Below, one piece after another: positions 49,456 through 60,255 of a stretch of DNA of 64,000 nucleotides. The notes beneath the pieces are model-generated. The model saw only the letters and a program-made list of their open reading frames with translations. It searched no databases and was not told the DNA's origin. The stretch comes from Dehalococcoidia bacterium (lineage in GTDB: Bacteria > Chloroflexota > Dehalococcoidia > Plut-88900), in NCBI GenBank assembly GCA_965197585.1, contig OZ240215.1, forward strand, positions 1,536,001-1,600,000. Reading direction: 5' to 3'. Position numbers and translations under genes: made by a program. Positions within the stretch are counted from its first letter, which is position 1. Each line of letters starts with the position of its first letter.

Positions 49456-50714
49456 GTACCAAAGACCTCTATTACTTTGTCTAGTCCCTTGACCAGGGCG
49501 TCTATATCAGACTTGGTGTTGTAGAAAGCCAGCGACGCCCTCGCCGTCGCAGGCACCCCGAAGTGCTGCATCACCGGCTGGGCACAATGGTGCCCCGTCC
49601 GAATCGCCACCCCTTCCGTGTCCAGTATCGTTCCCACGTCGTGAGCGTGAATGCCGTCCAGAAGAAAAGACACGACTCCCGCCTTCTTCCGGGCCGTGCC
49701 CAATATCCGCACCCGTTCTATTGATGATAGCGTCTCGTGCGCGTAGCTCAACAGCGAGTTTTCGTATTCTGCGATGCGTCCCATCCCTACTTCCTGCACA
49801 TAGTCAATGGCCGCGCCCAAGCCTATGGCTCCGGCTATGTTCGGCGTCCCAGCCTCGAACTTGTAGGGCAAGTCGTTGTACACCGTTTTCTCAAATGTCA
49901 CCGACTTGATCATGTCCCCACCACCCTGGTAGGGAGGCATCGATTCAAGTATGTCCGCTTTGCCGTAAAGCACCCCCATCCCCGTCGGCCCGAACACCTT
50001 GTGAGACGAAAACGCCAGGAAGTCGCAGTCTATGTCCCGCACGTCCACCGGGCCATGAGGCACGGCCTGCGCCGCGTCAATAAGTACTGGTATGCCCCGG
50101 CTGTGCGCCATTTCGACTATCGTATTCACCGGGTTTACCGTTCCCAGCGCGTTCGACGTGTGCGCCATGGACACCAGCTTCGTCCGAGGCCCCAGGATCC
50201 GCTCATATTCATCCATGAGCAGTTCCCCGTCCTCGTTGAAGGGAACAACCTTCAACACGGCCCCCGTCTGCTCGCACACCACCTGCCACGGCACAATGTT
50301 CGAGTGGTGCTCCATCTCCGAGATCACGATCTCGTCCCCCACCCCGACTCGGTCCCGGCCGTAGCTCGCCGCCACCAGGTTTATCCCGTCCGTCGTGCCC
50401 TTTACGAAGATGATTTCCCGGTCTTCGGCGGCGTTAATGAACTTCCGCACCTTGGTTCGTGACCCCTCGTACTCTGCGGTCGCCATTTCGCTGAGGGCAT
50501 GGAGCCCGCGGTGAACGTTGGCGTTGTAGCGCGAGTAGTAATCGCTGATCGTGTCTATAACGGCTTGGGGCTTCTGGCTCGTGGCCGCGTTGTCGAGATA
50601 TACCAGAGGCTTGCCCCTGACCTCCTGGTTAAGGGCCGGGAATTCGCTTCTGAGCCTTGCGGCCTCCCGCTCGTCCAGGGGCCTGGCGACGTCTCTCGAC
50701 ACGGATGTGCTCAC
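49452..50714 (-). CDS. sufS: Cysteine desulfurase
   Basis: YLDNAATSQKP, SSHK and RTGHHCAQP motifs; GTG start overlaps the sufD stop. Confidence 0.95.
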   Translation of the reverse strand: MSTSVSRDVARPLDEREAARLRSEFPALNQEVRGKPLVYLDNAATSQKPQAVIDTISDYYSRYNANVHRGLHALSEMATAEYEGSRTKVRKFINAAEDREIIFVKGTTDGINLVAASYGRDRVGVGDEIVISEMEHHSNIVPWQVVCEQTGAVLKVVPFNEDGELLMDEYERILGPRTKLVSMAHTSNALGTVNPVNTIVEMAHSRGIPVLIDAAQAVPHGPVDVRDIDCDFLAFSSHKVFGPTGMGVLYGKADILESMPPYQGGGDMIKSVTFEKTVYNDLPYKFEAGTPNIAGAIGLGAAIDYVQEVGMGRIAEYENSLLSYAHETLSSIERVRILGTARKKAGVVSFLLDGIHAHDVGTILDTEGVAIRTGHHCAQPVMQHFGVPATARASLAFYNTKSDIDALVKGLDKVIEVFGT

Positions 50715-52039
50715 CGGGTCTCCTCGAACGCGCCGGACTCGGCAAACTTGGCGAACTCTCCGTCCACCAGGGTCATCAGATGGTCTCTGATGCGGGAGTC
50801 GGCCACTTTCGCTACAATCGATGTCGCAAAACCGTACGTCAATATTCGTTTTGCCTGCCCCGGCCCGATACCTCGGCTGGCCAAATAGAAAATCTGGTCT
50901 GCGTCCAGTTGACCCACCGTGGCGCCATGCGAACACTTCAGGTCGTCGGCGAATATCTCCAGTTGGGGCTTGGTGTCGACCATCGCCTTATCCGAAATCA
51001 ACAGATTGTTATTGGCCTGCTGTGCGTCGACCTGATGAGTCCCGCGCCGCGCTATCACCTTGCCGTTGAACACCCCCCTGGCGCTGCCTGCCAACACCCC
51101 CTTATAGAGTTGCCGGCTTGGAGTAAAGGAACTCCTGTGGTCCACCGACGTATGGTTGTCCACATGACAATTTTCCGAGGCTATGTACAGCCCGTTCATT
51201 TCACACGCCGCCCCCTCTCCATCCAGCCTCACCGACAAATCATTCCTCCCTATCCTGGCCCCTATGTCCAGTGAAAAGGAAGAGAATTCGCTGTTTCTAG
51301 CAAGCGTCGCGTTGGTCGTCCCGACGTGATAGGCCTTAGTCCCCTCTGCCTGCACCTTGAAATAATCTAGTCGAGCCCCGGCCCCTATCACAATTTCTGT
51401 AACGGCATTGGTCAGGTAAACGCCGTCACCGCCGCTGTATTGCTCTACCACCGTGGCCCTGGCGCCCTCCCCCAAGACGATCAAATTGTACGGATTGGCC
51501 ATGCGGGGAGTAGCTCCCGAGTCCGCAGCGAATGACAGCAAAATAGGCGAAGGCGCCGTTGCACTGGCGGGAACGTGTACGAATCCACCGTCCCTCAGGA
51601 ACGCATTGTTAAGTGCGACAAACCCGTTGGGCCGGTCGGCAGACTGCCTATTGAGGTGCGGCTCGATCAGCTCCGGCGAATCGCGCAGCGCCGAGGCCAG
51701 ACCCATCACCCGAATCGAATCCGGCAACCCTTCTCCCGAAGGTGCGCGACCAACGCACAGCCCTCCGTAGAAGCTAAGCCCGGGAAAGTCTGCTACCGGC
51801 GACGAAGCCGCTTCCGCTCCTGTCCTGCCCGCCAGCACAAAGCTCTGCCTGGCTATCGGCGCGACGTTGGTGTATTTCCAGTCCTCGTTCCGCGGAGTGG
51901 GAAACCCCAGCGTCTCGAATTCTCGGAAGGCTTCTCGGCGGAGCGTTCTCAGCCAAGCCGGTGCTAAGCCGTCTTCGTCCGACTGTAGAGCCTTGAACTG
52001 ACCGACATATGAGTGGTCGCTGCTACGGACCTGCACCAA
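50711..52039 (-). CDS. sufD: Fe-S cluster assembly protein SufD
   Basis: EDWKYT, KPQLEIFADDLKCSHGATVG and FYL.SRGI motifs. Confidence 0.94.
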   Translation of the reverse strand: MVQVRSSDHSYVGQFKALQSDEDGLAPAWLRTLRREAFREFETLGFPTPRNEDWKYTNVAPIARQSFVLAGRTGAEAASSPVADFPGLSFYGGLCVGRAPSGEGLPDSIRVMGLASALRDSPELIEPHLNRQSADRPNGFVALNNAFLRDGGFVHVPASATAPSPILLSFAADSGATPRMANPYNLIVLGEGARATVVEQYSGGDGVYLTNAVTEIVIGAGARLDYFKVQAEGTKAYHVGTTNATLARNSEFSSFSLDIGARIGRNDLSVRLDGEGAACEMNGLYIASENCHVDNHTSVDHRSSFTPSRQLYKGVLAGSARGVFNGKVIARRGTHQVDAQQANNNLLISDKAMVDTKPQLEIFADDLKCSHGATVGQLDADQIFYLASRGIGPGQAKRILTYGFATSIVAKVADSRIRDHLMTLVDGEFAKFAESGAFEETR

Positions 52040-52074
52040 TGTAGGTTTCTCCCTGGGGATTGGGTGGGAACCCG

Positions 52075-52830
52075 TTAAGCCGTAGTTGCTTGTTCACGCA
52101 CCCAGTCGTAGCCGTGCTCCTCCAGATGAAGGGCCAAACTCCCGTCGCCCGACTCTACAATGCGTCCGTCCATCAGCACGTGAACGTAGTCCGGGTCAAC
52201 GTAATCTAGCATCCTCTGATAGTGGGTAATGAGAAGTATGGCCTTGGAAGGGCTCCTCAGATGGTTGATTCCCTCGGCTACGATTCTCAGGGCGTCGATG
52301 TCCAGGCCGGAGTCCGTCTCATCGAGCACCGCCAGATCGGGCTCGAGAACGGCCATCTGGAGAATTTCATTCCTCTTCTTTTCACCGCCGGAAAAGCCGT
52401 CGTTCAAAGGTCGCGACAGATATGCTGGGTCCATCTCGACCACCTTCAGCTTGTCCTGAAGGAATCGGTAGAACTCGACGGCGTCCATCTCCGGCAGGCC
52501 CCTGTACTGCTGCAGTGAGTTGTACGCAGTCTTCAAAAACTCCTGGTTGGATACTCCCGGAATCTCATAAGGGTATTGGAAAGCCATGAATACGCCTTCC
52601 CGGGCCCGGTCTTCCGGTGGCACGTCCAGCAGTGACTTGCCTTTGTAAAGAATCTCACCCTTGGTGCAGGTGTACGAATGGTGCCCGGCTAATACACGAG
52701 CCAATGTGCTCTTACCGGAGCCGTTCGGCCCCATGATGGCATGAAGTTCTCCGGCCTTGACCGTGAGGTTTATGCCCTTGAGGATGGGTACGTCCCCGAC
52801 TCCCGCGTGAAGGTCTCTGATCTCGAGCAA
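52075..52830 (-). CDS. sufC: Fe-S cluster assembly ATPase SufC
   Basis: GPNGSGKST, FSGGEKKRNE and LDETDSGLDIDAL motifs. Confidence 0.96.
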   Translation of the reverse strand: MLEIRDLHAGVGDVPILKGINLTVKAGELHAIMGPNGSGKSTLARVLAGHHSYTCTKGEILYKGKSLLDVPPEDRAREGVFMAFQYPYEIPGVSNQEFLKTAYNSLQQYRGLPEMDAVEFYRFLQDKLKVVEMDPAYLSRPLNDGFSGGEKKRNEILQMAVLEPDLAVLDETDSGLDIDALRIVAEGINHLRSPSKAILLITHYQRMLDYVDPDYVHVLMDGRIVESGDGSLALHLEEHGYDWVREQATTA

Positions 52831-52847
52831 GTCGGTTCTGCCTCCGC

Positions 52848-54284
52848 CTACCCCGTCGACCCTTCGAGACTCACCCCGAGAAGCCGGCTCGCCTCCACCG
52901 CAAACTCAAAAGGTAGCTTCTTCACCACGTCCCGGCAGAACCCGCTCACTATCAGCCCTACGGCATTCTCCAGCGAGATGCCCCTCTGCTGGCAGTAAAA
53001 CAGCTGCTCCTCGTTTATCTTGGAGGTGGTTGCCTCGTGCTCCATGTTGGAGGAGCTGTTTTTCACTTCTACGTATGGGAAGGTGTGGGCCCCGCACTGG
53101 TCCCCGATAAGCAGGGAGTCGCACTGGGTGTAGTTTTTGGAACCACCCGCCCTTGGCCCGATTCTCACCAGGCCCCGATACGTGTTGTTCCCGTGTCCCG
53201 CCGATATGGCCTTGGACACGATTGTGCTCTTCGTGTCCCGGCCCAGGTGAATCATCTTTGTGCCCGTGTCCGCCTGCTGGTAGTTGTTGGTCAGCGCTAT
53301 CGAGTAGAATTCACCAACCGACCGGTCTCCCTGCAAAATAACACCCGGGTACTTCCAGGTAATCGCCGACCCCGTCTCAACCTGCGTCCACGATATCCGG
53401 GAGTCGTCTCCGGCGCACTTGCCCCGCTTCGTGACGAAATTATAGATGCCGCCCTTGCCATTCTTGTCACCGGGGTACCAGTTCTGTACGGTCGCGTACT
53501 TGATCTCGGCGTTCCCGAGAGCCACCAACTCGACCACTGCGGCGTGGAGCTGGTTCTCATCCCGCATCGGCGCCGTGCAGCCTTCCAGGTAGCTCACGTA
53601 GCTGTCCTCGTCGGCAACGATCAACGTCCGTTCAAACTGCCCCGTGTCCCGAGCGTTGATCCTGAAATATGTGGAAAGCTCGACAGGACACCTGACTCCC
53701 TTCGGGATGTAGCAGAATGACCCATCGCTGAAAACTGCCGAGTTAAGCGTCGCGAAGAAGTTGTCGGTATAAGGCACCACCGACCCCAGATACTTCTTGA
53801 TCAGATCCGGGTATTTGTGTACTGCCTCAGAGAAGGAGCAGAAAATGATCCCCATCTTGGCCAGCCGCTCTTGGTGAGTCGTGGCCACCGACACGCTGTC
53901 GAACACCGCGTCCACCGCGACTCCGGCCAGCCACTTCTGCTCATCCAGGGAAATGCCCAGCTTTTCGTAGGTCTCCAGAAGCTCGGGGTCCACCTCGTCA
54001 AGGCTATCGGGAGCCTTCTTGGGTGCGGCGAAGTAGACGATCTCTTGATAGTCGATTGGCGGATAGGTGACATTCTGCCAGGAGGGCTCCTTCATCGTGA
54101 GCCAATGGCGGTAGGCTCGCAGCCGCCACTCCAGCATGAAGTCGGGCTCGCCCTTTTTCGCCGAGATCCACCGGACTACGTCTTCACTAAGGCCGGGCGC
54201 CAACCTATCCTGTTCAATATCAGTGACGAAACCGTACTTATATTCTTGGTCGGCTATTGCCTGTATAGTGGCCTTGCTTGCCAT
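52848..54284 (-). CDS. sufB: Fe-S cluster assembly protein SufB
   Basis: [22 protein letters not shown] and EHEATTSKI motifs. Confidence 0.97.
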   Translation of the reverse strand: MASKATIQAIADQEYKYGFVTDIEQDRLAPGLSEDVVRWISAKKGEPDFMLEWRLRAYRHWLTMKEPSWQNVTYPPIDYQEIVYFAAPKKAPDSLDEVDPELLETYEKLGISLDEQKWLAGVAVDAVFDSVSVATTHQERLAKMGIIFCSFSEAVHKYPDLIKKYLGSVVPYTDNFFATLNSAVFSDGSFCYIPKGVRCPVELSTYFRINARDTGQFERTLIVADEDSYVSYLEGCTAPMRDENQLHAAVVELVALGNAEIKYATVQNWYPGDKNGKGGIYNFVTKRGKCAGDDSRISWTQVETGSAITWKYPGVILQGDRSVGEFYSIALTNNYQQADTGTKMIHLGRDTKSTIVSKAISAGHGNNTYRGLVRIGPRAGGSKNYTQCDSLLIGDQCGAHTFPYVEVKNSSSNMEHEATTSKINEEQLFYCQQRGISLENAVGLIVSGFCRDVVKKLPFEFAVEASRLLGVSLEGSTG

Positions 54285-54429
54285 CCGTATTGTCCGTCTC
54301 GATTTAGTATTTGGGTATGCGAAGCTGGTCTATTACATCAAAAACCGGGGCCTGCCGGTAAAGCGGGGGCCCCGGTGAGCCACCGAGTTGAATGTCTAGG
54401 GGAATTATAATCTGTTTTGTTATAAAAAT

Positions 54430-54845
54430 CCATTGAACCCCTTCCTCCCCGAGGGGAGCGTGTCCGCCTAAGGCAGATCATTCCACCCGCCCAGAGCCGG
54501 TCAAAGATGCTGAAAGTGGAACATCCGCCGGTCTGAAAGTCCGCCCTAGGCGGAAAAGATGCACCTTTGGCGTGAGCCAAGGCGTGAATCCATCTCCAGT
54601 GGCAGGGCCGCTCACCCTGAGCGCCGTCGAAGGGTCGAGCGGGGGGGAGGCCCCGCACTGCCAACCCGTCGCACCCGCCCAACACCCCCCTCCCCCCTTG
54701 GCAACGATATATCAGCCGTGTTGTTCTGCAACACGGCTGATATATCAATAAAACAGGGTGGGTGGGCGGGTACCAATTAAACGGGGTGTCCGGGAGGCGT
54801 CCTACCCCCTCTCCCTCCGATGGGAGAGGGTTGGGGTGAGGGTGA
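54430..54845. repeat. BIME-like REP mosaic including a 41-bp inverted repeat (54706-54746)
   Basis: Shares blocks with 41016-41670 and 62040-62270. Confidence 0.75.
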
Positions 54846-54872
54846 CCTTTCCCCAAAAGTGACACGAACCCC

Positions 54873-54902
54873 TTGACCTAATCAAAACACATGTACTATA
54901 TT
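54873..54902 (+). promoter_or_regulatory. Sigma70 promoter with a LexA-like box
   Basis: TTGACC-18-TATATT; AAAC-ACAT-GTAC at 54885-54896. Confidence 0.65.
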
Positions 54903-54961
54903 CGCCCCCAGGCTCCGACCTTGTACGTCGGCCCTAATAAGGAAAGGACTAAAGGAGTCCC

Positions 54962-55500
54962 ATGAGTCGCACCAGCCTAATCAGGCCCCGTCGTAACCGA
55001 GCGGTATGGAACCGCCCGGCGCCCGACACGCGCCTCCTCCCGAGTCCCTCTTTCAACACCGTGTCCCTCGGATTCCCTCTACCAAGCGATGGAAGGTCCT
55101 TCGACTGTCGGCGGCATTCTCCCTCTAAGGGCCTTTGCCGATATATCGCCCCCTCATCCGGGCGTTTGCTCCTCGCCGACTTTACCCTCGCCGAGGATAT
55201 ATCCGCGTCTTTTGACGCGTTTGCCAGGGCCTTAGTGCCCTTATCCGGCTCCACCACCCGCTGTAACTGGAGATTCTCCTTCGGTCCACCGCGGCATCGA
55301 GTCGTTATGCCGTCCCACGCAGCGGTCGAGCGCTGCCGCCGGACGGATAATCCCCACCCAGAGACGCCCTCGACTTCGGTATGTCTCCTCCGACATGCGT
55401 GGGGATATCGCAGGACAGCCGTCGACGCCACCAGCGTCGGCGCAGGTGTCGTCGTCTTCCTGCTTACCAGTCCCGGACCTTCCATCGCCTCCCCTTCCCT
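54962..55500 (+). pseudogene. Terminase large subunit-like relic, copy B
   Basis: AAGGAGTCCCATGAGTCGCAC start shared with copy A; ...LLRHAWGYRRTAVDATSVGAGVVVFL resembles the TerL vvDatGvG motif; ends CCCGGACCTTCCATC. Confidence 0.6.
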
Positions 55501-55976
55501 TGCCCCATTCCCAGGCTCCGCTAGAAATCTCGGACTTGCCCACTCACCTATCTCCGCCCTCCCGGCCACTCAGCGGAAATCCAGGTGGGGAGGCCCCTAC
55601 CCCCATCACCCACGAAAGAAACCCGCCTATCTGCTCACATCCCCCACTCTCCCAACCGAGCAGCCAAAGAAAACGTCCCTTTTCCAAAACAATCAAAATT
55701 CGTGCCTCTAACCGAAATTCAATCAAAACCCCCCCATCAGAACAACCCCCACAAAAGGAGACTGCCTGCTAGCCGATACCTCCTACTCAGCCCCCACAAC
55801 TAAATATCGCACCTTCCGGGGCCTGGCATCTGGCCCTCACTGAACGGGTCAAAGGGACAGCGGAATAGCGAGAAGACACCCTTTACCCCCATCAACCTTC
55901 CCCTCCCGGTTGACGCCCACGCACCCGCTTATTACAGTTGTCCCCCGAGACGATAACCCCGAAGGGAGCACCCGAC

Positions 55977-57374
55977 GTGACCGCCAAACAACCCACCCGA
56001 ATAGAAAAAGACTCCATGGGCCCAATGGAGGTCCCCGCCGACGCCTATTACGGCGCTTCCACAATGCGGGCCGTCCTCAACTTCCCCATCAGTGACCTGA
56101 GATTTCCCCGCTCCTTCATCCGAGCCCTTGGCCTGATCAAGCTCGCCGCCTCGGAAGTCAACTCCAGCCTGCGTTTACTGGAACCCGACAAGAAGGACGC
56201 CATCGTCCAGGCTGCCCAGGAGGTCGTCGACGGCAAACTTGATGCCCATTTCGTCCTCGATGTCTTCCAGACCGGCTCCGGCACCTCAACCAATATGAAC
56301 GCCAACGAGGTCATCGCCAACCGCGCCTCCGAGATCATGGGCGGCGACATCGGCTCCCGTATCGTCCATCCCAACGACCACGTAAACAAGGGCCAGTCCT
56401 CTAACGACGTTATCCCCACTACAATGCACCTCGCAGCCCTTACCGAAATCGAGACCAATCTCATCCCCGCCCTACGGCGCACCCATGCGGCGCTCGAATC
56501 CAAGTCCCGAGACTTCTGGGACATCATCAAGACCGGCCGCACCCACCTCCAGGACGCGACACCCGTGCGACTCGGGCAGGAGTTTCTTGGTTACGCAGGC
56601 CAGATCAAGCTCGGCATCCGACGCCTCTCCCACGCCCGGGAAGAGCTTTCACAGGTCGCCCTCGGCGGCACCGCCGTCGGCACGGGCGTCAACACCCACC
56701 CCGAGTTCGCCGCCCGAGTCACCGCCCGCGTCTCCGAGCTCGGCGGCGTGGAAATTCGAGAAACCGAGAACCACTTCCAGGCCCAAAACACCCTCGACGC
56801 CGTCGTCGAGTCCAGCGCCGTCCTCCGAACCATCGCCATCAGCCTCACCAAGATAGCCAACGACATCCGGTGGATGGGCTCAGGCCCCAGGGCCGGCATC
56901 GGCGAGCTAGCCCTCCCCGAGGTCCAGCCCGGAAGCTCTATCATGCCCGGTAAGGTAAATCCAGTCATTCCCGAATCCGTCATCCAGGTCTGCGCCCAAG
57001 TCAAGGGCAACGACACCGCCATCGCCGCCGCCGCCCAGGACAGCTATTTCGAGATCAACTTGATGATGCCCGTGGCCGCCTACAACCTCCTACAGTCCAT
57101 TTCCATACTCTCCGCCGCCGCCGACAACTTCACCAGCCAGTGCATACAGGGCCTTCAGGCCACCGACCAGGGCCCCAAAACCGTGGAGCGAGGCCTTATG
57201 ATCGGCACTTCCCTCGCCCCCGTCATCGGCTACGACCTTGCAGCCCAAATCGCCAAAGAAGCCTCAAAAAGTAACCGCACCATCCGTGAGGTAGCCCGAG
57301 AACTCACCGATCTCTCCGAAGAAGACCTCTCCCGCATCCTCGACCCCAAAACCATGGTAGAACCCCGCGCCTAA
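55977..57374 (+). CDS. fumC: Class II fumarate hydratase
   Basis: RIEKDSMG, QTGSGTS.NMN.NE, GRTHLQDA and GSSIMPGKVNP motifs; GTG start after GGGAG. Confidence 0.93.
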   Translation: MTAKQPTRIEKDSMGPMEVPADAYYGASTMRAVLNFPISDLRFPRSFIRALGLIKLAASEVNSSLRLLEPDKKDAIVQAAQEVVDGKLDAHFVLDVFQTGSGTSTNMNANEVIANRASEIMGGDIGSRIVHPNDHVNKGQSSNDVIPTTMHLAALTEIETNLIPALRRTHAALESKSRDFWDIIKTGRTHLQDATPVRLGQEFLGYAGQIKLGIRRLSHAREELSQVALGGTAVGTGVNTHPEFAARVTARVSELGGVEIRETENHFQAQNTLDAVVESSAVLRTIAISLTKIANDIRWMGSGPRAGIGELALPEVQPGSSIMPGKVNPVIPESVIQVCAQVKGNDTAIAAAAQDSYFEINLMMPVAAYNLLQSISILSAAADNFTSQCIQGLQATDQGPKTVERGLMIGTSLAPVIGYDLAAQIAKEASKSNRTIREVARELTDLSEEDLSRILDPKTMVEPRA

Positions 57375-57556
57375 GTGTTAATTCACAGAACGAGGGGTTG
57401 TCACCTCTCTCATAAAGAACTGCCACCAACTGCGATGCACTTGGTGGCAGTCCGAATGAACTTTTTGGGGTGGCACTCCGTCCCTTTCCGTTCGCCCTGA
57501 GCAGAGTCGAAGGGTCTCAAGAACGGAAAGGGACGGAGTGGGGGCGGAGTCCCCTC

Positions 57557-58657
57557 CTAACTCGGAAACTGGATCACAGACCTCAACACCTCACCCCTCT
57601 CCATCTCCTCGAACGCCTCCTCCACGTCCTCCAGCTTGATCAGCTTCGTCACCGCCCTGTCCAGGTCCAGCTTGCCCTGCAGATACCAGTTGGCCAGCAT
57701 CGGGAAGTCCCGAGACGGTAGATTGTCCCCGTACCAGCTAACCCTCAGCGATCCTCCTAGCCCGAAGAACTGAAGCATCGGCAGCTCCATCACCATAGTC
57801 GGGTCCGGCACCCCGATAAGCGTGCACGTCCCCGCCAGGTCCCGAGACCACAGCGCCTGCAGCAACGTCGCCGGTGTCCCGACCGCTTCGAAGGCGTGGT
57901 CAACGCCGTGGCCACCCGTGATCTCCTTGATCGCTTCAACCGGGTCGCCCTTGGTCGCGTCGACTACGTGAGTTGCCCCGAAATCCTTGGCCCATGCCAG
58001 CTTGTTGTCGGCAATGTCCACCCCGATTATCGTCTTTGCATTGGCCAACTTGGCGCCCATGATCACACTGCAACCCACCCCGCCGCACCCATACACCGCC
58101 ACCGTGCTCCCCCGACGCACGCCTCCCGTATAAAGCGCCGCCCCGACACCCGTCGTCACTCCGCAGCCGAGCAGACATGCCTGTTCCGGCGGGCATTCCC
58201 GAGGCACAGGCACGGCCTGCTTTGCCGACACAACGGTATGAGTGCAAAACCCCCCTATACCCAGCGCGGGCGAAAGCAGCTTACCGTCGCTTTTGGCAGT
58301 CATCCTGGGTTTCGCATTCAGGCTCGCCGAGCACAAATGCGGCTGCCCGATAGCGCAAAACCGGCAGTTGCCGCACGGCGCCCGCCAGGCGATCACCACA
58401 TATTCACCCACGCCCGGCGACTCCACCCCCTCCCCCACCGCCTCAACGATACCCGCAACCTCGTGCCCTAGCAGGAACGGAAACTCGTCCGTAATCTTCC
58501 CAAGCTTGTAATGGAGGTCCGTATGGCACACCCCGCTGGCCTGTATCCTTACCAGCGCCTCCCCCGGCCCCGGGTCCTCCACCACCATCTCCTCCACCCG
58601 TGTAGGCGCACCCGCCTCCCTCGAAATCACCGCCTGCGCTATCGTAGACATGTACAA
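57557..58657 (-). CDS. S-(hydroxymethyl)mycothiol dehydrogenase (MscR/AdhE2-like)
   Basis: CHTDLHY, FPFLLGHE, L.PALGIG.F, RDLAGT, GG.L..SWYGD.LPSRDFPML and GEVLRSV motifs. Confidence 0.8.
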   Translation of the reverse strand: MYMSTIAQAVISREAGAPTRVEEMVVEDPGPGEALVRIQASGVCHTDLHYKLGKITDEFPFLLGHEVAGIVEAVGEGVESPGVGEYVVIAWRAPCGNCRFCAIGQPHLCSASLNAKPRMTAKSDGKLLSPALGIGGFCTHTVVSAKQAVPVPRECPPEQACLLGCGVTTGVGAALYTGGVRRGSTVAVYGCGGVGCSVIMGAKLANAKTIIGVDIADNKLAWAKDFGATHVVDATKGDPVEAIKEITGGHGVDHAFEAVGTPATLLQALWSRDLAGTCTLIGVPDPTMVMELPMLQFFGLGGSLRVSWYGDNLPSRDFPMLANWYLQGKLDLDRAVTKLIKLEDVEEAFEEMERGEVLRSVIQFPS

Positions 58658-58706
58658 CCTCCGCGAAAGCTGAAATGTCCGCGTATCCTAACACACGCGG
58701 TGTGGA

Positions 58707-59062
58707 ATGAACCCTCATATGCCGACTCGAAAGAAAAACACCGAGTCCGTTCGAGAGGAAGCCGTCAATACGCTTACCGCCCACACCCTCCACCCTGTCC
58801 CCGACTCCCTGTCCCCGCTTCTTGCCTCTATGGTCGAACCTATGGCTTGCTCCTACCGGGGCATTGCGCTGGGTCGGCTGAGGATCGAAAGTCGGGTGCT
58901 TGTGCTGGGCGCCGGGACCGTCGGCCTCTTTGCAGGCCTCCTGGCCCGGGACCGCACCGCCGAGGTCGCCATCACCACCCGATACCCCCAGCAAATCAAA
59001 GCCGCCCGAAGGCTGGGGCTCACTCCCCTAGGCGAGAGCGAATGGGAGGATTGGGCCCGTGA
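58707..59062 (+). pseudogene. Internal fragment of a Zn-binding (MDR) dehydrogenase
   Basis: Contains only ...SMVEPMAC...VLVLGAGTVGL...RYPQQ..AA..LG; lacks the catalytic N-terminus and the C-terminus. Confidence 0.65.
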
Positions 59063-60210
59063 CCGCTATGCCAGCCAGAGCCGAACGTCATCCCGTCGTA
59101 GCCGACCACCCAAACGCGCACGTCCTCCGTGGTCACCCAGTGGCCCTCTGCGGGAACATCAGATATATCAGTGCCGAGCAGGTCCTTGAGGGCCGTTCCC
59201 ACCAGTGCTTTGTCGTAGTGGTCTACGATTGTGCCACTACTGTCGGCAATGAACGCGAACCATTCCCCTTCGACGGTCTGGGCGCTGTTGTAGTAGTCGA
59301 TAGTCGCTGCCAGTCCTGAATAAACGCTCTCGGGGCCGGTGAAGTATGCGATGGTCGCTTCCAGTCCTGCCGAACGGAACTTGTTGACGGCGGCGAACAC
59401 CAGGGACATGGTGAATTCATCGGCGTTGACATACCAGCCGGAGGCGAACAGCAGCCCGTCGTGCCTCACAACCCAGGCGTTCTTGAGTTGCAGCGTGCCG
59501 GAGTGGTCGGAACCGAGACTGCCACTCTCCGGATTTCTGAACACGTAGGACACCCACTTGCCCTCCCCGGTGGCAGACAGCATGTCCGGCCCGAAGTTGT
59601 AGCCGTTGGCGTCGGTGCCCACCCAGCCCTTCAGGTCCAGCCCAAGGCGGTGAGCATCGGGATGTCCGATGACCAGATCGTTCTCGTCTATGATGAACAC
59701 GTACCACTGGCCGTCGATGCTCTCTGGGCGGTTGTAGTAGGCGAGGGTGGCGTCCAGTCCCTGGCTCTCGTACCTGCTGATGGCCTTCTCTACGAAGAAC
59801 TTGGTGTACTCGACGGGGGCTGACGTGGGTGGGATAGAGGCGACGACGCTGCGGGCGATGCGCTCGGCTTCAGCGGCCGTGAGTCCGGGTTCCGGACGGG
59901 GCATGTCTGCTATCGCCGCCCGGATGGCGGCTTCGATTATCTGCTCGACATCCTCTTGGGACAGTCCCGATTCAGGCTGGGGCATGTCCGCCATCGCCGC
60001 ACGGATAGCATCCTCTACATCTGCGGAAGTGAGTCCCGGCTCCGGTTGGGGCGGGGCTGGCGCGTCGGCTAACTCCTCACGCACGATCTCCTCAACCTCG
60101 GCGCGGGACAATCCTGCGTCTCCGTCTCCGCAGGCGACAAGGAGAACCAGAAGCATCACGGCTAGCGCTGGTGCGACCTTATTCATCTTCAGCCTAGTTG
60201 ACAACTTCAT
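59020..60210 (-). CDS. Lipoprotein with four helical repeats and tandem Cache-like domains
   Basis: Lipobox LVAC; GL(S/T)..(E/D).. repeats x4; WYVFIID....GH, D.NG, G.WVSY..NP and FASGWY-type motifs occur twice. Confidence 0.7.
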   Translation of the reverse strand: MKLSTRLKMNKVAPALAVMLLVLLVACGDGDAGLSRAEVEEIVREELADAPAPPQPEPGLTSADVEDAIRAAMADMPQPESGLSQEDVEQIIEAAIRAAIADMPRPEPGLTAAEAERIARSVVASIPPTSAPVEYTKFFVEKAISRYESQGLDATLAYYNRPESIDGQWYVFIIDENDLVIGHPDAHRLGLDLKGWVGTDANGYNFGPDMLSATGEGKWVSYVFRNPESGSLGSDHSGTLQLKNAWVVRHDGLLFASGWYVNADEFTMSLVFAAVNKFRSAGLEATIAYFTGPESVYSGLAATIDYYNSAQTVEGEWFAFIADSSGTIVDHYDKALVGTALKDLLGTDISDVPAEGHWVTTEDVRVWVVGYDGMTFGSGWHSGHGPNPPIRSRLGE

Positions 60211-60255
60211 AGGCTATCCAATAGAGCCAAGCATTGCGGGGCAATCCTAATCTCA

